Shown: positions 19,284 through 30,186 of the stretch, piece after piece
Layout of the letters: each line of letters starts with the position of its first letter
Position numbering within the stretch: the first letter of the stretch is position 1
Assembly (NCBI GenBank): GCA_965262115.1
Contig: OZ253496.1
Span: 2,080,001 to 2,144,000, forward strand
Direction of reading: 5' to 3'
Source of the DNA: Nitrospinales bacterium
Lineage (GTDB): Bacteria > Nitrospinota > Nitrospinia > Nitrospinales > VA-1
Length of the DNA stretch: 64,000 bases
Made by a program: the position numbers and the translations under genes
The notes under the pieces: generated by a model
What the model saw: the letters and a program-made list of their open reading frames with translations, nothing else
The model's database searches: none
What the model was told of the DNA's origin: nothing

Positions 19284-21716
19284 ATGGGTACCCAGCACGG
19301 CAACTCCGCTTCTCAAGTAAGGGGTTCCGGGGAAATCGAAACACGGAAGGGCATACGTACCGGATTAAAAAATAAGTTGATCTGGACTATGCTTGGGGTT
19401 GGGGCCTTGCCCTTGATGCTGGCTATGATCCTTTCCTATTTGCAGGGAACGAAATCCCTGCAGGGGGTGATCGGAGCCAGCTTCAAGGCGCTGGCTTATG
19501 AAACTTCCACCAAAATAGATTTATTGATTGAGGGTGAGATTTCAAGGAACATCCGTCACGCCACCCACCCTTCCATCAGGTCTACCATTTCTGGTTTTAA
19601 CCAGACCCTCCTTGCTCTTGATCCTGCAGCACGGCAAAAATATATTGAGGAAGAGAGCGTTGGTTCACCCCAGTCCATTCTTGGTTCAGAAGCCAGCGGG
19701 GCACTTCACAGTTTCCAGAAAAGAAAAACCCTGTCTGTCCTCGCGACCCGTGCCTTATATATCACCGATGCGTTCGGGGTTCTCAGGGCCAGCGTTAATG
19801 ACTTCCCTGAATTTCTTCATATTGGAAAACCCGATTGGGAAAAAACCATTTCCAGCGAAAAAGATTTTGTTTATATGGGACCGGTCACCCATAACGCAAA
19901 GACCGAAGCCTTCCTGATGACCTTTGCTTTCCCGATCCTGAATGCACAAGAAAAGACCATCGGGGTTCTCCACCATGTATTTGATGTGAAGGAATTTTTT
20001 TCCAGTTACATGGAACCGATTACTTTCGGCGAGACAGGTCATGTCATGTTGATCGATTCGAGAGGAATGGTCCTGGATTGCCCGATATTGCCAACGGGGT
20101 TTTTGTTGCCAGACCCGGTTCTGGTCAAGAGTGTTACGGGGAAGAATCCGGATTGGGTCAAAACCATGGGGGACGGTCATGGCGGCGAAGATCTTTCCAT
20201 TATCGGGTTCTCACCTCTAGAGCAGACCCGGGAATGGATTACCCGGTCGGAAGGGAAAACCTGGTACACCTTTGCGTGGCAGGCTTCGGATGAATTATTT
20301 GCTCCCATGCAAAAACTTTTTTTATGGATCTCCATGGCCGGGGTGGTTTCTATCCTGTTGATCGGGGGTATGGGTTCCCTGGCGGCAAAGAAAATTGTCC
20401 AACCCATTCGCGACCTTCAGAAAGCCACAGAGCGTATTGGTAAAGGTGAAAAAGTTGAGCCGCTGGAAATCAAGACGGGAGATGAACTTGAGGCGCTAGC
20501 CAATGAAGTCAACCTGATGAACGATTTGTTGCAAAAATCTTTTTCAGGGATGGAACACCAGGTGCTCGAAAAAACTGAGGAGGTTCTTTATCTCAAAGAA
20601 TACACCGACAGCATTCTCAGGAGCGTTCCCGATGCGGTGGTTATTTTTGATCCCAATTTAAAAATAGAATATATGAATGGGGCGTTTGAGACTGTTGCCC
20701 AGCAAACCGCCGGCCAACTTCAAGGACATTCTCTAATGGACTTGGGACTCGAGTCCGCCTCGACCTGGAAAGTTGTACAGGATGAACTCCTCAATTTTTA
20801 TAGTGAAATCGTTCCCATTTCCTCCCGAAAGATGGGGGATCAGACTATACAATGTTATACCGCTCAAGATCCTCTTGCCCCTAAGGAATCTCCTTCCCTG
20901 CAAAGCATGAAACAAACCGTCAAGCTGGATGGGAAGATTTTCGCATTTCAGATTTTTGATATTGTCATTCACGACGACAGTGGCAAACGATTGGGATTGC
21001 TTTTAAGGGATGTTACTGAAGATGTGGAGCTGCACAACCAATTGGCTATGGCGGAAAAACTGTCTGGTTTGGGCACACTCGCTGCGGGCATCGCCCATGA
21101 ATTGAACAATCCGTTGGTTTCCATCATGGGTTTTACTGAAGCCATCATAGGTGAAAAGGATCAGGGTAAAATTCAAAAATATGCCGGCAAAGTTTTTGAC
21201 CGTTCCAAACATATGGCGTCGATTATTCTCAATATGTCGGGTTACACGCGCTCGGCCGGGTTGGTGGAAGAAAAAGAAGTGGACCTCAATGAACGGATCG
21301 AGGCGGCCATTGAGATCGCTATTCTTGCTTCCTATAACAATGACATCAAAGTGGATAAAAATTTTTCTGAGCTACCACCTATCAAGGCAAAACCTGAGGA
21401 AATTCAACAGATCTTTATCAATCTGCTGACTAATGCCGTGCAGGCGATGGAAGGCAAAGGGAAACTGAGCATTTCAACAGAAGGGCAAAATGGAAATGTT
21501 CTCGCGACAATTAGAGATACAGGGCCGGGTATTCCACAAGAATACTTGTCGAAAATTTATGATCCATTTTTTACCACCAAGGAGCAGGGCAGAGGGACCG
21601 GCTTGGGACTGAACATCGTCCATAAACTGGTGGTGAAACTTGGAGGAAAGATTGATGTCTCCTCACGGGAAGGAAAAGGAACCACATTCTCCCTGACATT
21701 CCCCGCCAGCCAATAA
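19284..21716 (+). CDS. Membrane sensor histidine kinase (periplasmic sensor, HAMP, PAS, HisKA, HATPase)
   Basis: Two TM helices, [46 protein letters not shown]. Confidence 0.92.
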   Translation: MGTQHGNSASQVRGSGEIETRKGIRTGLKNKLIWTMLGVGALPLMLAMILSYLQGTKSLQGVIGASFKALAYETSTKIDLLIEGEISRNIRHATHPSIRSTISGFNQTLLALDPAARQKYIEEESVGSPQSILGSEASGALHSFQKRKTLSVLATRALYITDAFGVLRASVNDFPEFLHIGKPDWEKTISSEKDFVYMGPVTHNAKTEAFLMTFAFPILNAQEKTIGVLHHVFDVKEFFSSYMEPITFGETGHVMLIDSRGMVLDCPILPTGFLLPDPVLVKSVTGKNPDWVKTMGDGHGGEDLSIIGFSPLEQTREWITRSEGKTWYTFAWQASDELFAPMQKLFLWISMAGVVSILLIGGMGSLAAKKIVQPIRDLQKATERIGKGEKVEPLEIKTGDELEALANEVNLMNDLLQKSFSGMEHQVLEKTEEVLYLKEYTDSILRSVPDAVVIFDPNLKIEYMNGAFETVAQQTAGQLQGHSLMDLGLESASTWKVVQDELLNFYSEIVPISSRKMGDQTIQCYTAQDPLAPKESPSLQSMKQTVKLDGKIFAFQIFDIVIHDDSGKRLGLLLRDVTEDVELHNQLAMAEKLSGLGTLAAGIAHELNNPLVSIMGFTEAIIGEKDQGKIQKYAGKVFDRSKHMASIILNMSGYTRSAGLVEEKEVDLNERIEAAIEIAILASYNNDIKVDKNFSELPPIKAKPEEIQQIFINLLTNAVQAMEGKGKLSISTEGQNGNVLATIRDTGPGIPQEYLSKIYDPFFTTKEQGRGTGLGLNIVHKLVVKLGGKIDVSSREGKGTTFSLTFPASQ

Positions 21717-21766
21717 AAGTCCAAAAACCTAAACCAACGAAGGGGTATTAGCGTCACCACCACATT

Positions 21767-21842
21767 TATCCCTGTAGGGCACGAAGTACCCGTGCCGGGC
21801 ATGAAGAGGTCACACGCGTCACAGCCACGAAAAAATATCACC
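21767..21842 (+). mobile_element. Family C element nested inside another family C element
   Basis: Outer 20 nt (21767..21786) + 19 nt (21824..21842) = 39 nt; inner 37-nt copy 21787..21823. Confidence 0.8.
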
Positions 21843-21855
21843 GCCCACCGGTCGG

Positions 21856-23532
21856 TTAACGAATAGTAAGTTTTTTATATTTTGACCTTCTGTTTTCTTC
21901 TTTGCCACCCAATTCCTGTTTGCGTTTTTCCTGATACTCCTCGAAGTTTCCTTCGAACCATCGCACTTTGCTGTTGCCTTCAAAAACCAGAAGGTGGGTG
22001 CAGATGCGGTCGAGAAAAAACCGGTCATGGCTGATAACCAGGACGCATCCGCTGAAATCAAGAATGGCGTTTTCGAGATTGCGCAAGGTGGTTACATCCA
22101 GGTCGTTGGTGGGCTCGTCCAGAAGCAGGACATTTCCACCCCTTCTGAGAAGTTTTGCCAGATGAACCCGGTTGCGTTCTCCGCCTGAAAGTTCCCCCAC
22201 TTTTTTTTGTTGGTCGGGACCTTTGAAATTGAACCGTCCGACATAGGCTCTGGAAACGATTGTTTTTCCCGCGACTTCGATATTCTCGGTGCCTCCGGTG
22301 ATTTCTTCGAAGACAGTGTTGTCGGGGCTTAGATTGTGACGGTGCTGGTCAACGTAAGAAAGTTTTACCGTGGACCCCAGCTTGAGAGTTCCGGAATCGG
22401 GTAGTTCTTCGCTGGCGATCATGCGGAACAAAGTGGTTTTGCCAGTGCCATTAGGGCCGATCAATCCGACCACCGCCCCACGAGGTACCGAGAAAGTGAG
22501 GTCTTTGATGATGGGCTCTTCTTCCTGATAGCCTTTACTGAGAGAGTCGGCTTCGATCACCTGTTCGCCGAGTTGCGGGCCGGGAGCGATCTGGATTTCA
22601 AGCGAGTTATCTTCCAGGTCTACTTTGCGTGCGGAAAGTTTTTCGTATTCGGTGATCCGGCCTTTATTGTGTTTGCGTCTGGCGCCAGGAGTTTCCCTCA
22701 ACCATTGCAATTCTTTTTCCAGTCGTTTTTGCAGGGTCGATGCGGATTTTTCCCTTCGCCTCAGGATTTCGGCCTTTTGTTCCAGCCAGGAACTGTAGTT
22801 GCCTTCAAACGGTTTGCCTTTCCCGCCTTCCAATTCAAGGATCCATTTAGTGATGTTGTCGAGAAAATACCGGTCATGGGTGGAGACGATGATGTTGCCG
22901 GGATAATTGGAGAGCGTGTCTTCCAGCCATTGTACGGTCTCGGCATCAAGATGGTTGGTGGGTTCGTCGAGAAGAATCATATCGGGTTTTTGAAGCAGCA
23001 GTTTGCAAAGGGCAACTCGCCGGGCTTCGCCCCCTGAGAGAGTTCCCGCTTTCTGGTCATCGGCAGGAAGCACGAGAGCATCCATCGCCACTTCCACCTG
23101 CCGATCCAGTTCCCATCCGTCCGCGGCGTCAATTTGATCCTGAAGTCGGCCCATTTTTTCCATGGCTTTTTCCATTTCCTCATCCGACATGGGTTCTGCC
23201 ATTTTGGCGCTGACCTCGTTGAACTCTTCAATCATTTTTTTAATGTCGCTAAAAGCCTGTTCCACATTTTCCCGGACGGTTTGCTCGTCGTCCAGAACCG
23301 GTTCTTGAGGCAGGAACCCGATCGTGGTTCCCTTTAAGGGCGTGGCGCGTCCATCAAATTCCTGATCCTCTCCTGCCATGATTTTAAGAATGGTGGATTT
23401 ACCCGATCCATTTTCTCCGACGATACCAATCTTGGCGCCATGATAAAAACTAAGATTGATTCCATTCAGCACCTCGTTACGTCCATAACGTTTGACCAGG
23501 TCCTGCATGGTGAAAATATATTCTCCTGCCAT
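21856..23532 (-). CDS. ettA: Energy-dependent translational throttle ABC-F protein
   Basis: Two ABC cassettes without TM domain; [42 protein letters not shown]. Confidence 0.92.
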   Translation of the reverse strand: MAGEYIFTMQDLVKRYGRNEVLNGINLSFYHGAKIGIVGENGSGKSTILKIMAGEDQEFDGRATPLKGTTIGFLPQEPVLDDEQTVRENVEQAFSDIKKMIEEFNEVSAKMAEPMSDEEMEKAMEKMGRLQDQIDAADGWELDRQVEVAMDALVLPADDQKAGTLSGGEARRVALCKLLLQKPDMILLDEPTNHLDAETVQWLEDTLSNYPGNIIVSTHDRYFLDNITKWILELEGGKGKPFEGNYSSWLEQKAEILRRREKSASTLQKRLEKELQWLRETPGARRKHNKGRITEYEKLSARKVDLEDNSLEIQIAPGPQLGEQVIEADSLSKGYQEEEPIIKDLTFSVPRGAVVGLIGPNGTGKTTLFRMIASEELPDSGTLKLGSTVKLSYVDQHRHNLSPDNTVFEEITGGTENIEVAGKTIVSRAYVGRFNFKGPDQQKKVGELSGGERNRVHLAKLLRRGGNVLLLDEPTNDLDVTTLRNLENAILDFSGCVLVISHDRFFLDRICTHLLVFEGNSKVRWFEGNFEEYQEKRKQELGGKEENRRSKYKKLTIR

Positions 23533-23543
23533 AATCCCTCTCT

Positions 23544-23639
23544 CCACTAGGCGTGGGGCCAGCGTGCAATAGCTCTGCTTGGCTGGCAAAAAGTTTTCTC
23601 GGCCTAATAGCCTTTACTATTTCCCTTTCACGGGAGTGA
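23544..23639 (+). repeat. Family A repeat unit
   Basis: CCACTAGGCGTGGGGCCAGCGTGCAATAGC start and conserved core GGCAAAAAGTTTTCTCGGC. Confidence 0.75.
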
Positions 23640-23659
23640 GTTGCTATCTGCCTCACTCG

Positions 23660-24298
23660 CTAGAGGCCCGGGCGGGGCCCGGGTTTCTTTAATACCACAA
23701 AATCATGTTTATTGTTGAAGACCAGTTTAAATCCCATATTTTCTGCCAGCCACTGGAAGGTCTGGGAACAGTAAAAAATAATATGGGTGGGGTCGCGTTT
23801 ATAATACCAGTCTGCAAAATCCTCTATAGGATAAAACCGGGTCATGATCGCTAGAACTCCTCCCGGTGCCACTTTGTCAGTAATGCGCGGGATTTCTTCG
23901 GTCGGATTTCTGAAATGCTCAAAGGTCTCTGTAGAGATGACAAGATCATAAAGTTTGTCCAAACGAGTGGCGGGGAAAAAATTCTGGTCATAACCGTCCG
24001 TCTTAATTCCCTGTCTTTCCAGCAGGGTTTTCAAGACAGGCTCATAGCCGCAGCCATAGTCCAGAGCCGATTTAATTTCGTATTCTTGAAGCAGGTCTAT
24101 TTTTTCCTGAAACATGCGGACATAACCTTCGTTCTCAAGGCTGTTTTCATGTTCCAGATAGCGTTTGACCTCTTCATCTTTGGGGATATGGAATTCTGCG
24201 GGAACGGAGATTACCCGGCACTCTGAGCAGAGCCAGTATTCCCGGCTTTCTCCGGAGGTTAGGTAATGGGCTGAAAAATTACATAATGGACATTTCAT
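23660..24298 (-). CDS. Class I SAM-dependent methyltransferase with N-terminal CxxC zinc ribbon
   Basis: CPLC..CSEC, LDYGCG, ETFEH, WYYKRDPTH. Confidence 0.85.
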   Translation of the reverse strand: MKCPLCNFSAHYLTSGESREYWLCSECRVISVPAEFHIPKDEEVKRYLEHENSLENEGYVRMFQEKIDLLQEYEIKSALDYGCGYEPVLKTLLERQGIKTDGYDQNFFPATRLDKLYDLVISTETFEHFRNPTEEIPRITDKVAPGGVLAIMTRFYPIEDFADWYYKRDPTHIIFYCSQTFQWLAENMGFKLVFNNKHDFVVLKKPGPRPGL

Positions 24299-24443
24299 CC
24301 CACTGACTCTCCTGAAACTTTCCTGTTGTGATCGGGATTTTCCTTGATTCTTTCTATTTGCTCCATGATAATCGTTGCTTCCAAGGGTGAAAAATTCGTT
24401 TTATCCTGCTTCAACAAATCAGAAAATTTAAGGGATTTGTCGA

Positions 24444-25016
24444 ATGGTTGCTTTTGTTAATGGTAACGGGCTTCGTCCCGGTTATGTGATCAAGGTAAAA
24501 GGTGATTTATATCGTGTTATGTCGGCCGAACATCGCACTCCAGGAAAAGGCAAGGCCTCCATGCAGGCTAAGCTTAGAAAACTAAAGGATGGAACGCAAA
24601 CAGAAATCAAGTTCCGCGCTGATGAATCGGTTGAGCGTGCCGAAATGGAGCAGGTGGAGATGGAATATCTGTATGATGATCCTTCGGGCTTATGTTTTAT
24701 GAACTGCGAAACTTATGAGCAGACATTCCTGAACGAAAAAATCATGGGCGATGACAAGAAGTTCCTTCTGCCCAATGCCAAGGTGACGGTTGAGTTTTGT
24801 GACGACAGCCCCATTGGTGTGTTTTTCCCTGAGGCCGTGGAACTCAAAGTGACTGATACTGAGCCTCCTCTGAAAGGAGCGACCGCTTCTGGTTCGGGAA
24901 AACCCGCGACGCTTGAAACCGGTCTAGTGGTGACAGTACCGCAGTTTATTCAAATAGGTGAAATGGTACGCGTTTCGACCACATCGGGAGAGTATTTGGA
25001 ACGGGCAAAGAAATGA
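24444..25016 (+). CDS. efp: Elongation factor P
   Basis: HRTPGKG loop, KPATLETG, VPQFI, EYLERA. Confidence 0.95.
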   Translation: MVAFVNGNGLRPGYVIKVKGDLYRVMSAEHRTPGKGKASMQAKLRKLKDGTQTEIKFRADESVERAEMEQVEMEYLYDDPSGLCFMNCETYEQTFLNEKIMGDDKKFLLPNAKVTVEFCDDSPIGVFFPEAVELKVTDTEPPLKGATASGSGKPATLETGLVVTVPQFIQIGEMVRVSTTSGEYLERAKK

Positions 25017-25221
25017 TTCCCAAGGGAGAGAGTGACCGTCTCGCCGTCAACTTATTTGAATTTGCCCCGATTATATTTCCCTCCGTATTTTCTTAGCAAT
25101 AATATTTGACTTAAACCGGAGATTTAATTAAAGTAAATTGTTGATTTAATTAGAAGAAAATAAACTTATACCTTTTGGCGTCCTGCCTTTGGGCCTCAAT
25201 TTTTCCGCGAAGAGGTTCCGT

Positions 25222-25986
25222 GTGCAAAATGTAATTTCTGATAGTCCATTAAGTGTTGTTGAGTTGGTCATGCAGTCGAGTTTGATGGCCAAAGGGGTTT
25301 TGTTCTTGCTCCTGGTATTTTCCATTGTTTCTTGGGCGATCATTTTTAACAAATTCATTTCCTATCGAAAAGCAAAAGGTGAAGATGGCAGATTTCTGGA
25401 AACCTTTTCGAAGACAGAAAACCTGACCCGCATTTACAACTTTGCTAAAGAGTTGCGGGCCAGTCCATTGGCTCGGATATTTTTGACTGGCTACCGGGAG
25501 CTATATGTTTTTCAGGAGATGGCCAAGGAAGAACGTAAAAAACGCGGAGAACCCCCTTCTACAGGAGGGGAGCTGGTGACACCCAGAGACTTGAAGGGAA
25601 TTGGTCTTGCCCTCAATAAAGCCATCAACCGGGAAGTGGGACGGCTGTCGCGCCGACTGGACTTTCTCGCTACAACAGGAAGCACGACGCCCTTTATTGG
25701 ATTGTTCGGGACGGTTTGGGGAATCATGCATTCTTTCAGGTCTATCGGGTTGCAGGGTACGGCCAGCATAGGGGGTGTGGCTCCGGGAATCGCGGAGGCG
25801 CTCATCGCAACTGCAGCGGGGCTGGTGGCGGCAATCCCGGCGGTCATTTTCTTCAATTACTTCAATAACAAAGTTATACTTTTTACATCTGCTATGGATG
25901 ATTTCTCATTGGACTTTGCTTACATGGCGGAAAAAAATTTCGTACAGGAACCGGTGGAAGAGGAAAACCTGTTCGATCTTTCGTAA
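25222..25986 (+). CDS. tolQ: TolQ
   Basis: TPFIGLFGTVWGIM, VAPGIAEALIATAAGL..AIPA; first gene of tol-pal cluster; start uncertain. Confidence 0.9.
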   Translation: MQNVISDSPLSVVELVMQSSLMAKGVLFLLLVFSIVSWAIIFNKFISYRKAKGEDGRFLETFSKTENLTRIYNFAKELRASPLARIFLTGYRELYVFQEMAKEERKKRGEPPSTGGELVTPRDLKGIGLALNKAINREVGRLSRRLDFLATTGSTTPFIGLFGTVWGIMHSFRSIGLQGTASIGGVAPGIAEALIATAAGLVAAIPAVIFFNYFNNKVILFTSAMDDFSLDFAYMAEKNFVQEPVEEENLFDLS

Positions 25987-26014
25987 CCTTCTTCAGGTCT
26001 GAAAAAAAGCGTTT

Positions 26015-26416
26015 ATGTTAAAGCAACGAAGACCGTTTTTGGCGGAAATTAACGTGACGCCGTTTGTCGATGTTATGTTGGTGTTACTGGTTATTTTTAT
26101 GATCACAGCCCCGCTCATGCAACACGGCATGGAAGTCCAGCTCCATAAAGAATCGATCGCCCCTATCAGCATCAAAGAAATCCCCACCATCACTTTAAAG
26201 AGCAGTAAGAAAATATTCTGGAAGCAGGAGGAACTGGCAAACCTGATGGGGTTAACCCGTAAAGTGGAGCAGTATATCGAAGCCCATAAAGAAGGCGGAG
26301 TTTATCTGCGGGCAGACAAAACACTGGACTATGGCTTTGTCATGCATATCTTATCCACCGTGAAGCAGGCCGGAGTACAAAATGTTGGGATGGTGACCGA
26401 ACCTTCAACGTCATGA
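26015..26416 (+). CDS. tolR: TolR/ExbD
   Basis: EINVTPFVDVMLVLLVIFMITAP, LRADK. Confidence 0.9.
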   Translation: MLKQRRPFLAEINVTPFVDVMLVLLVIFMITAPLMQHGMEVQLHKESIAPISIKEIPTITLKSSKKIFWKQEELANLMGLTRKVEQYIEAHKEGGVYLRADKTLDYGFVMHILSTVKQAGVQNVGMVTEPSTS

Positions 26417-27675
26417 AAGTCCTGTTTTCCCGGTCCATTGATTTCAATCAGATGCTTGTGTTTTCTGTTTTTGGGCATCTTCTGCTTTTAACCGTTGTCT
26501 TGTTTCTTCCCAAGCCCGGTTTTTCGGCGAAAGTGGTGGTCCCGGCGTTTATGGTGAACCTGGTCAGTGAACCGACGGGGTTTAAGTCAGCCGCGGTACA
26601 ACGTTCGCAATCCTCGGCAAGAGTCAAGAAGCCAGGGGCAAAGCAGTTCGACAAAAAAAGCCCGGCTTTAAAGAAAAGCACGGCTTCCAAATCGAGTGAG
26701 GTGAAAAAGGTTTCCGCAGTCAAAACTCCCAAGTCCAACGGAATTCTTGAAAAGTTGAATGAGTTGGAAGCAAAGATGGCTCTCGCGACCCCGCTGGGGA
26801 AAAAAATGGTGGAAGAATTGGACCGGTTGGCGCGGTTGGAAAAACCAAAGCATAAACCCTTGGCGGCTAAACCTATTAAGAAGAAACCTCTTGGCGAGGA
26901 AACTTTTCGGGAATTGGACATTTTAAAAAATAAAAAGGTCAATGAAATAAAGGCTGTGGTGCCTATTCTTCTACATAATGATATTCTGGAGGATGTTGAA
27001 GAGCTTAAAGAGGAGGAAAGCTTACCCCGACCCTCTCTCGAAAAAAAACAGGCAGAAAAACCCAAAGGTACTGAAGTGGATTTGTTGAAGGAGTTACAAA
27101 AGTTGGCCAAGTTGGATGTTTCGCCTGCACCCGAAGTGGGAGCGCAGGAACCGGGTCCCCGGGAAAGTATAGAGAAGGGCAGTGAATCATTCGATTCCGT
27201 TATGGAGAAGTTTGGTGCTTTATCGGTCGAGTCCGAAACGATAAGAGTGGAAATTTCCAGTGCCAGGCTTGACTCTTCCAGCTTTCAAAGCAAATTGCGC
27301 AGCTTACCCAGGTCTTCCCCAGCTACAACTGAATCAGGAGTGGGGGGTTCCTATGTGTTTGCCAGGAAAGAAGGAACCCCGGGCGCGGATATTCAATCGT
27401 TGTATGTGGGCATGGTTCAGAAGAGAATTAATAAAAAGTGGCGAGAACCTTTAGCTCAAGAACATAATCGGGAAACAATTGTTGTCTTTTTTATTTTTCG
27501 CCATGGAAATATCGATAAGCCTGTTATCAAAAAAAGCTCGGGAGTGGAAGCCTTGGATACCCTTGCTGTCAGAGCTGTTTTGGACTCCATGCCTTTCCCT
27601 GAATTTCCTCAGGGGTTAAAGGCACCTAACCTTCGTATAGAAATGTATTTTAAATATGTTCCCAAAGACGAGTAA
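26413..27675 (+). CDS. tolA: TolA/TonB-like energy transducer
   Basis: TM anchor SxxxH, Lys/Pro/Glu-rich linker, C-terminal SSG..LD..A.RAV..PFP; position between tolR and tolB. Confidence 0.75.
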   Translation: MKVLFSRSIDFNQMLVFSVFGHLLLLTVVLFLPKPGFSAKVVVPAFMVNLVSEPTGFKSAAVQRSQSSARVKKPGAKQFDKKSPALKKSTASKSSEVKKVSAVKTPKSNGILEKLNELEAKMALATPLGKKMVEELDRLARLEKPKHKPLAAKPIKKKPLGEETFRELDILKNKKVNEIKAVVPILLHNDILEDVEELKEEESLPRPSLEKKQAEKPKGTEVDLLKELQKLAKLDVSPAPEVGAQEPGPRESIEKGSESFDSVMEKFGALSVESETIRVEISSARLDSSSFQSKLRSLPRSSPATTESGVGGSYVFARKEGTPGADIQSLYVGMVQKRINKKWREPLAQEHNRETIVVFFIFRHGNIDKPVIKKSSGVEALDTLAVRAVLDSMPFPEFPQGLKAPNLRIEMYFKYVPKDE

Positions 27676-29005
27676 ATCCGGATTTTATTTATCTCTGATT
27701 TTAACGGTACTGGTGTTGTTGCAGACCCGGGCTGGTTTGGCCGCGCCTCAAATTCGCATTGACCTGGAACGTGAGACGCGGAAAAAGGTGGGGGTGGCGA
27801 TTACGGATTTTGTTGTAAAAGGTCCCGGCGCGGATGACCTGGAACTTGGCAAGGAAGCGAAAAAGATTCTGAAAAAGGATTTGATGCTTTCTGAATGGTT
27901 TTCTCCTCTGCAAGAACAGGTGTTTGAGGAATTGGAGAAAATGGAACGTTCGGGTTCTAAAGTGGACTACAGAAGCTGGCATCAGGTAGGAGCCCAGTGG
28001 CTCATTAAAACCGAATATAGTGTGTTGGCAAAGGGGAAAGGCCAGGTTTTTACCTTTCGACTCTATGACGCGGTGAATAAACGGTTCCTTCTCGCCAAAC
28101 GTTATAGCGCCTCGCGGGACCTGCTTCGAAAAAGCATTCATCGATTTGCCGATGAAGTGGTCATGCGGTTGACGGGAAAACGCGGCCTTGCGGAAACCCA
28201 GGTAGCTTTCCTGAATCAGGAAAACGCAGGCAAGGAAATCTACCTGGTAGATTTTGACGGACACAACCTGAGGCGGGTGACCCGCGATCATACGGTAAAC
28301 CTCAGCCCTGCCTGGTCTCCGGATGCTAAATGGATTGTTTATACCTCCTACGCGGCGCATAATCCGGATTTGATCATGATCGATACGGTCGGGGAAAAGC
28401 GGCAGACTCTCCACCGCCTTCCGGGTCTGAATGCTGCACCGGCCTGGTCTCCAGATATGCAGAGGATTGCCCTGGTGTTAAGCCGGGATCAGAATTCTGA
28501 AGTTTATATTTTGAATAGAGATCGCCAATTGGAACGCTTAACCCACCATTTCAATATTGATACGTCCCCCACCTGGTCTCCGGACGGAAAAAAAATAGCC
28601 TTCACTTCCGATCGCTCAGGAACCGGAGCCCCGCAAATTTATATAATGGATTCCGTCAAAGGTGACCAGTCCAAGGTGACTCGCATCTCTTTCGGTTCTG
28701 GTTATAACGATAACCCGGCTTGGTCTCCCAATGGGGATCAAATTGCCTACACATCGCGAGTGGGGAAAAGGTTGCAAATCAGAATATATGATCTAAACAC
28801 ACGTCAGAGCCAAGTCGTGACCAAGGGTTCTGGAAGTTGTGAGCAACCCAGTTGGTCTCCCGATGGCCGATTTATCATATATCGAAAGAGGGAAAATGAT
28901 CGGTACAATCTTTTCATCCAGAAAGCGGAGAGCGGCAGGGCAAGACAGCTGACTTTCTCCGGTAAGGGACACAGCCCCGCATGGTCCCCTTATTTCAAAC
29001 GCTAA
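27656..29005 (+). CDS. tolB: TolB
   Basis: Signal peptide, HRFADEV, repeated PAWSPD beta-propeller motifs. Confidence 0.92.
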   Translation: MFPKTSKSGFYLSLILTVLVLLQTRAGLAAPQIRIDLERETRKKVGVAITDFVVKGPGADDLELGKEAKKILKKDLMLSEWFSPLQEQVFEELEKMERSGSKVDYRSWHQVGAQWLIKTEYSVLAKGKGQVFTFRLYDAVNKRFLLAKRYSASRDLLRKSIHRFADEVVMRLTGKRGLAETQVAFLNQENAGKEIYLVDFDGHNLRRVTRDHTVNLSPAWSPDAKWIVYTSYAAHNPDLIMIDTVGEKRQTLHRLPGLNAAPAWSPDMQRIALVLSRDQNSEVYILNRDRQLERLTHHFNIDTSPTWSPDGKKIAFTSDRSGTGAPQIYIMDSVKGDQSKVTRISFGSGYNDNPAWSPNGDQIAYTSRVGKRLQIRIYDLNTRQSQVVTKGSGSCEQPSWSPDGRFIIYRKRENDRYNLFIQKAESGRARQLTFSGKGHSPAWSPYFKR

Positions 29006-29290
29006 GCAGTCCCCCGGCATCAAAAAATGACGAAATCAGGCTTGTGATCTGAACCCGTTTGCCTCACCATTTTAATATATCCTTTTTTAATGGTTTGGGC
29101 TTTAAAATTAAAATGTTTGGAATATTGGTATTTACGAAAAAATCACAAGTATTTCACTATTTTCGTTGTAATTATAACATAATTATAGGATGGTAAAGCT
29201 GTCCAATAAATTTTTAAGCGCAATAGATTCTGAAGCGTAGTACTATTTGGTTTGATAAATTCTGGGAAACTTTTTAGGCAAGGATTATAT

Positions 29291-30046
29291 ATGAAAACTA
29301 TGGATTGGAAGGCAACCACCATCGCAGTATTTTGTGTGTTCTTAACAACGGCTTGTTCGAAAAAGCTTATGCCGCTGGAGATCGAAACATCAGGGAGCGT
29401 CAGTAAAGGGACGGAAGGGAGCGTCAGTAAAGGGACGGAGTTTAGAGATTCCCCATCGTCAGACAGTGCCTTTGCCGACTCAGGCGGCTCAGGAGATTCC
29501 AGTTTCTTCAGCGAAGAACCTATTTTAGAATATGGATCTCCTTCAGGTGGTTTTTCTTCTGAAAGCTCAGGCAATGGTTCAAGTGGTTCTTCAGGCTCCA
29601 ACCCGTTTGCTTCGGGTGGACAGGGTCAGGACATGGGCCGCTGGAATCCCGATTCTTCAGGATCCACAGGCTCGGGCATGCAAGAGTCCCGGTTGCAGTC
29701 TTTCCGGGCATCGTCTGACTTGCAGGACATCCATTTCAAATTTGACCAGTATGATCTGGATAGCAATTCCAAAATGATCCTTCAGAAGAATGCTACTTTT
29801 CTCAAAAGCAATCCGAATGTGCGTGTAGAAGTTCAGGGTCATTGTGATGAGAGAGGCACCAATAATTATAATATTGCTCTGGGTGAGCGCCGTGCGCATT
29901 CCACCAAGAATTATCTGGTGTCTCAAGGTGTGGATTCCAGAAATGTGCATGTCATTAGCTATGGCGAAGAGAAGCCTTTCTGTTTTGAAAGTGGCAAAAC
30001 CTGCTGGTATCAGAACCGGCGGGCGCATTTTGTGGTTTCAAAATAA
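29291..30046 (+). CDS. pal: Peptidoglycan-associated lipoprotein Pal with long Ser/Gly linker
   Basis: Lipobox TTAC, GHCDERGT..YN.ALGERRA, SYGEEKP, QNRRA; 24-bp tandem repeat (GSVSKGTE x2). Confidence 0.92.
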   Translation: MKTMDWKATTIAVFCVFLTTACSKKLMPLEIETSGSVSKGTEGSVSKGTEFRDSPSSDSAFADSGGSGDSSFFSEEPILEYGSPSGGFSSESSGNGSSGSSGSNPFASGGQGQDMGRWNPDSSGSTGSGMQESRLQSFRASSDLQDIHFKFDQYDLDSNSKMILQKNATFLKSNPNVRVEVQGHCDERGTNNYNIALGERRAHSTKNYLVSQGVDSRNVHVISYGEEKPFCFESGKTCWYQNRRAHFVVSK

Positions 30047-30091
30047 CCATTCCCTGTTTCTAACGATTCAGGATGGAATCGTATATAATAA

Positions 30092-30130
30092 GGCCGCGTT
30101 TGGGGGTTCGTCCCCGGCGCGGCTTTTTTT
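30092..30130 (+). terminator. Intrinsic terminator after pal
   Basis: GCCGCG..GGGG / CCCC..CGCGGC stem followed by T7. Confidence 0.7.
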
Positions 30131-30186
30131 GATAAAAGAGCTTCAATTACCGGTACATTTAGATTTTTAACGAAAGAGCAAAATCC

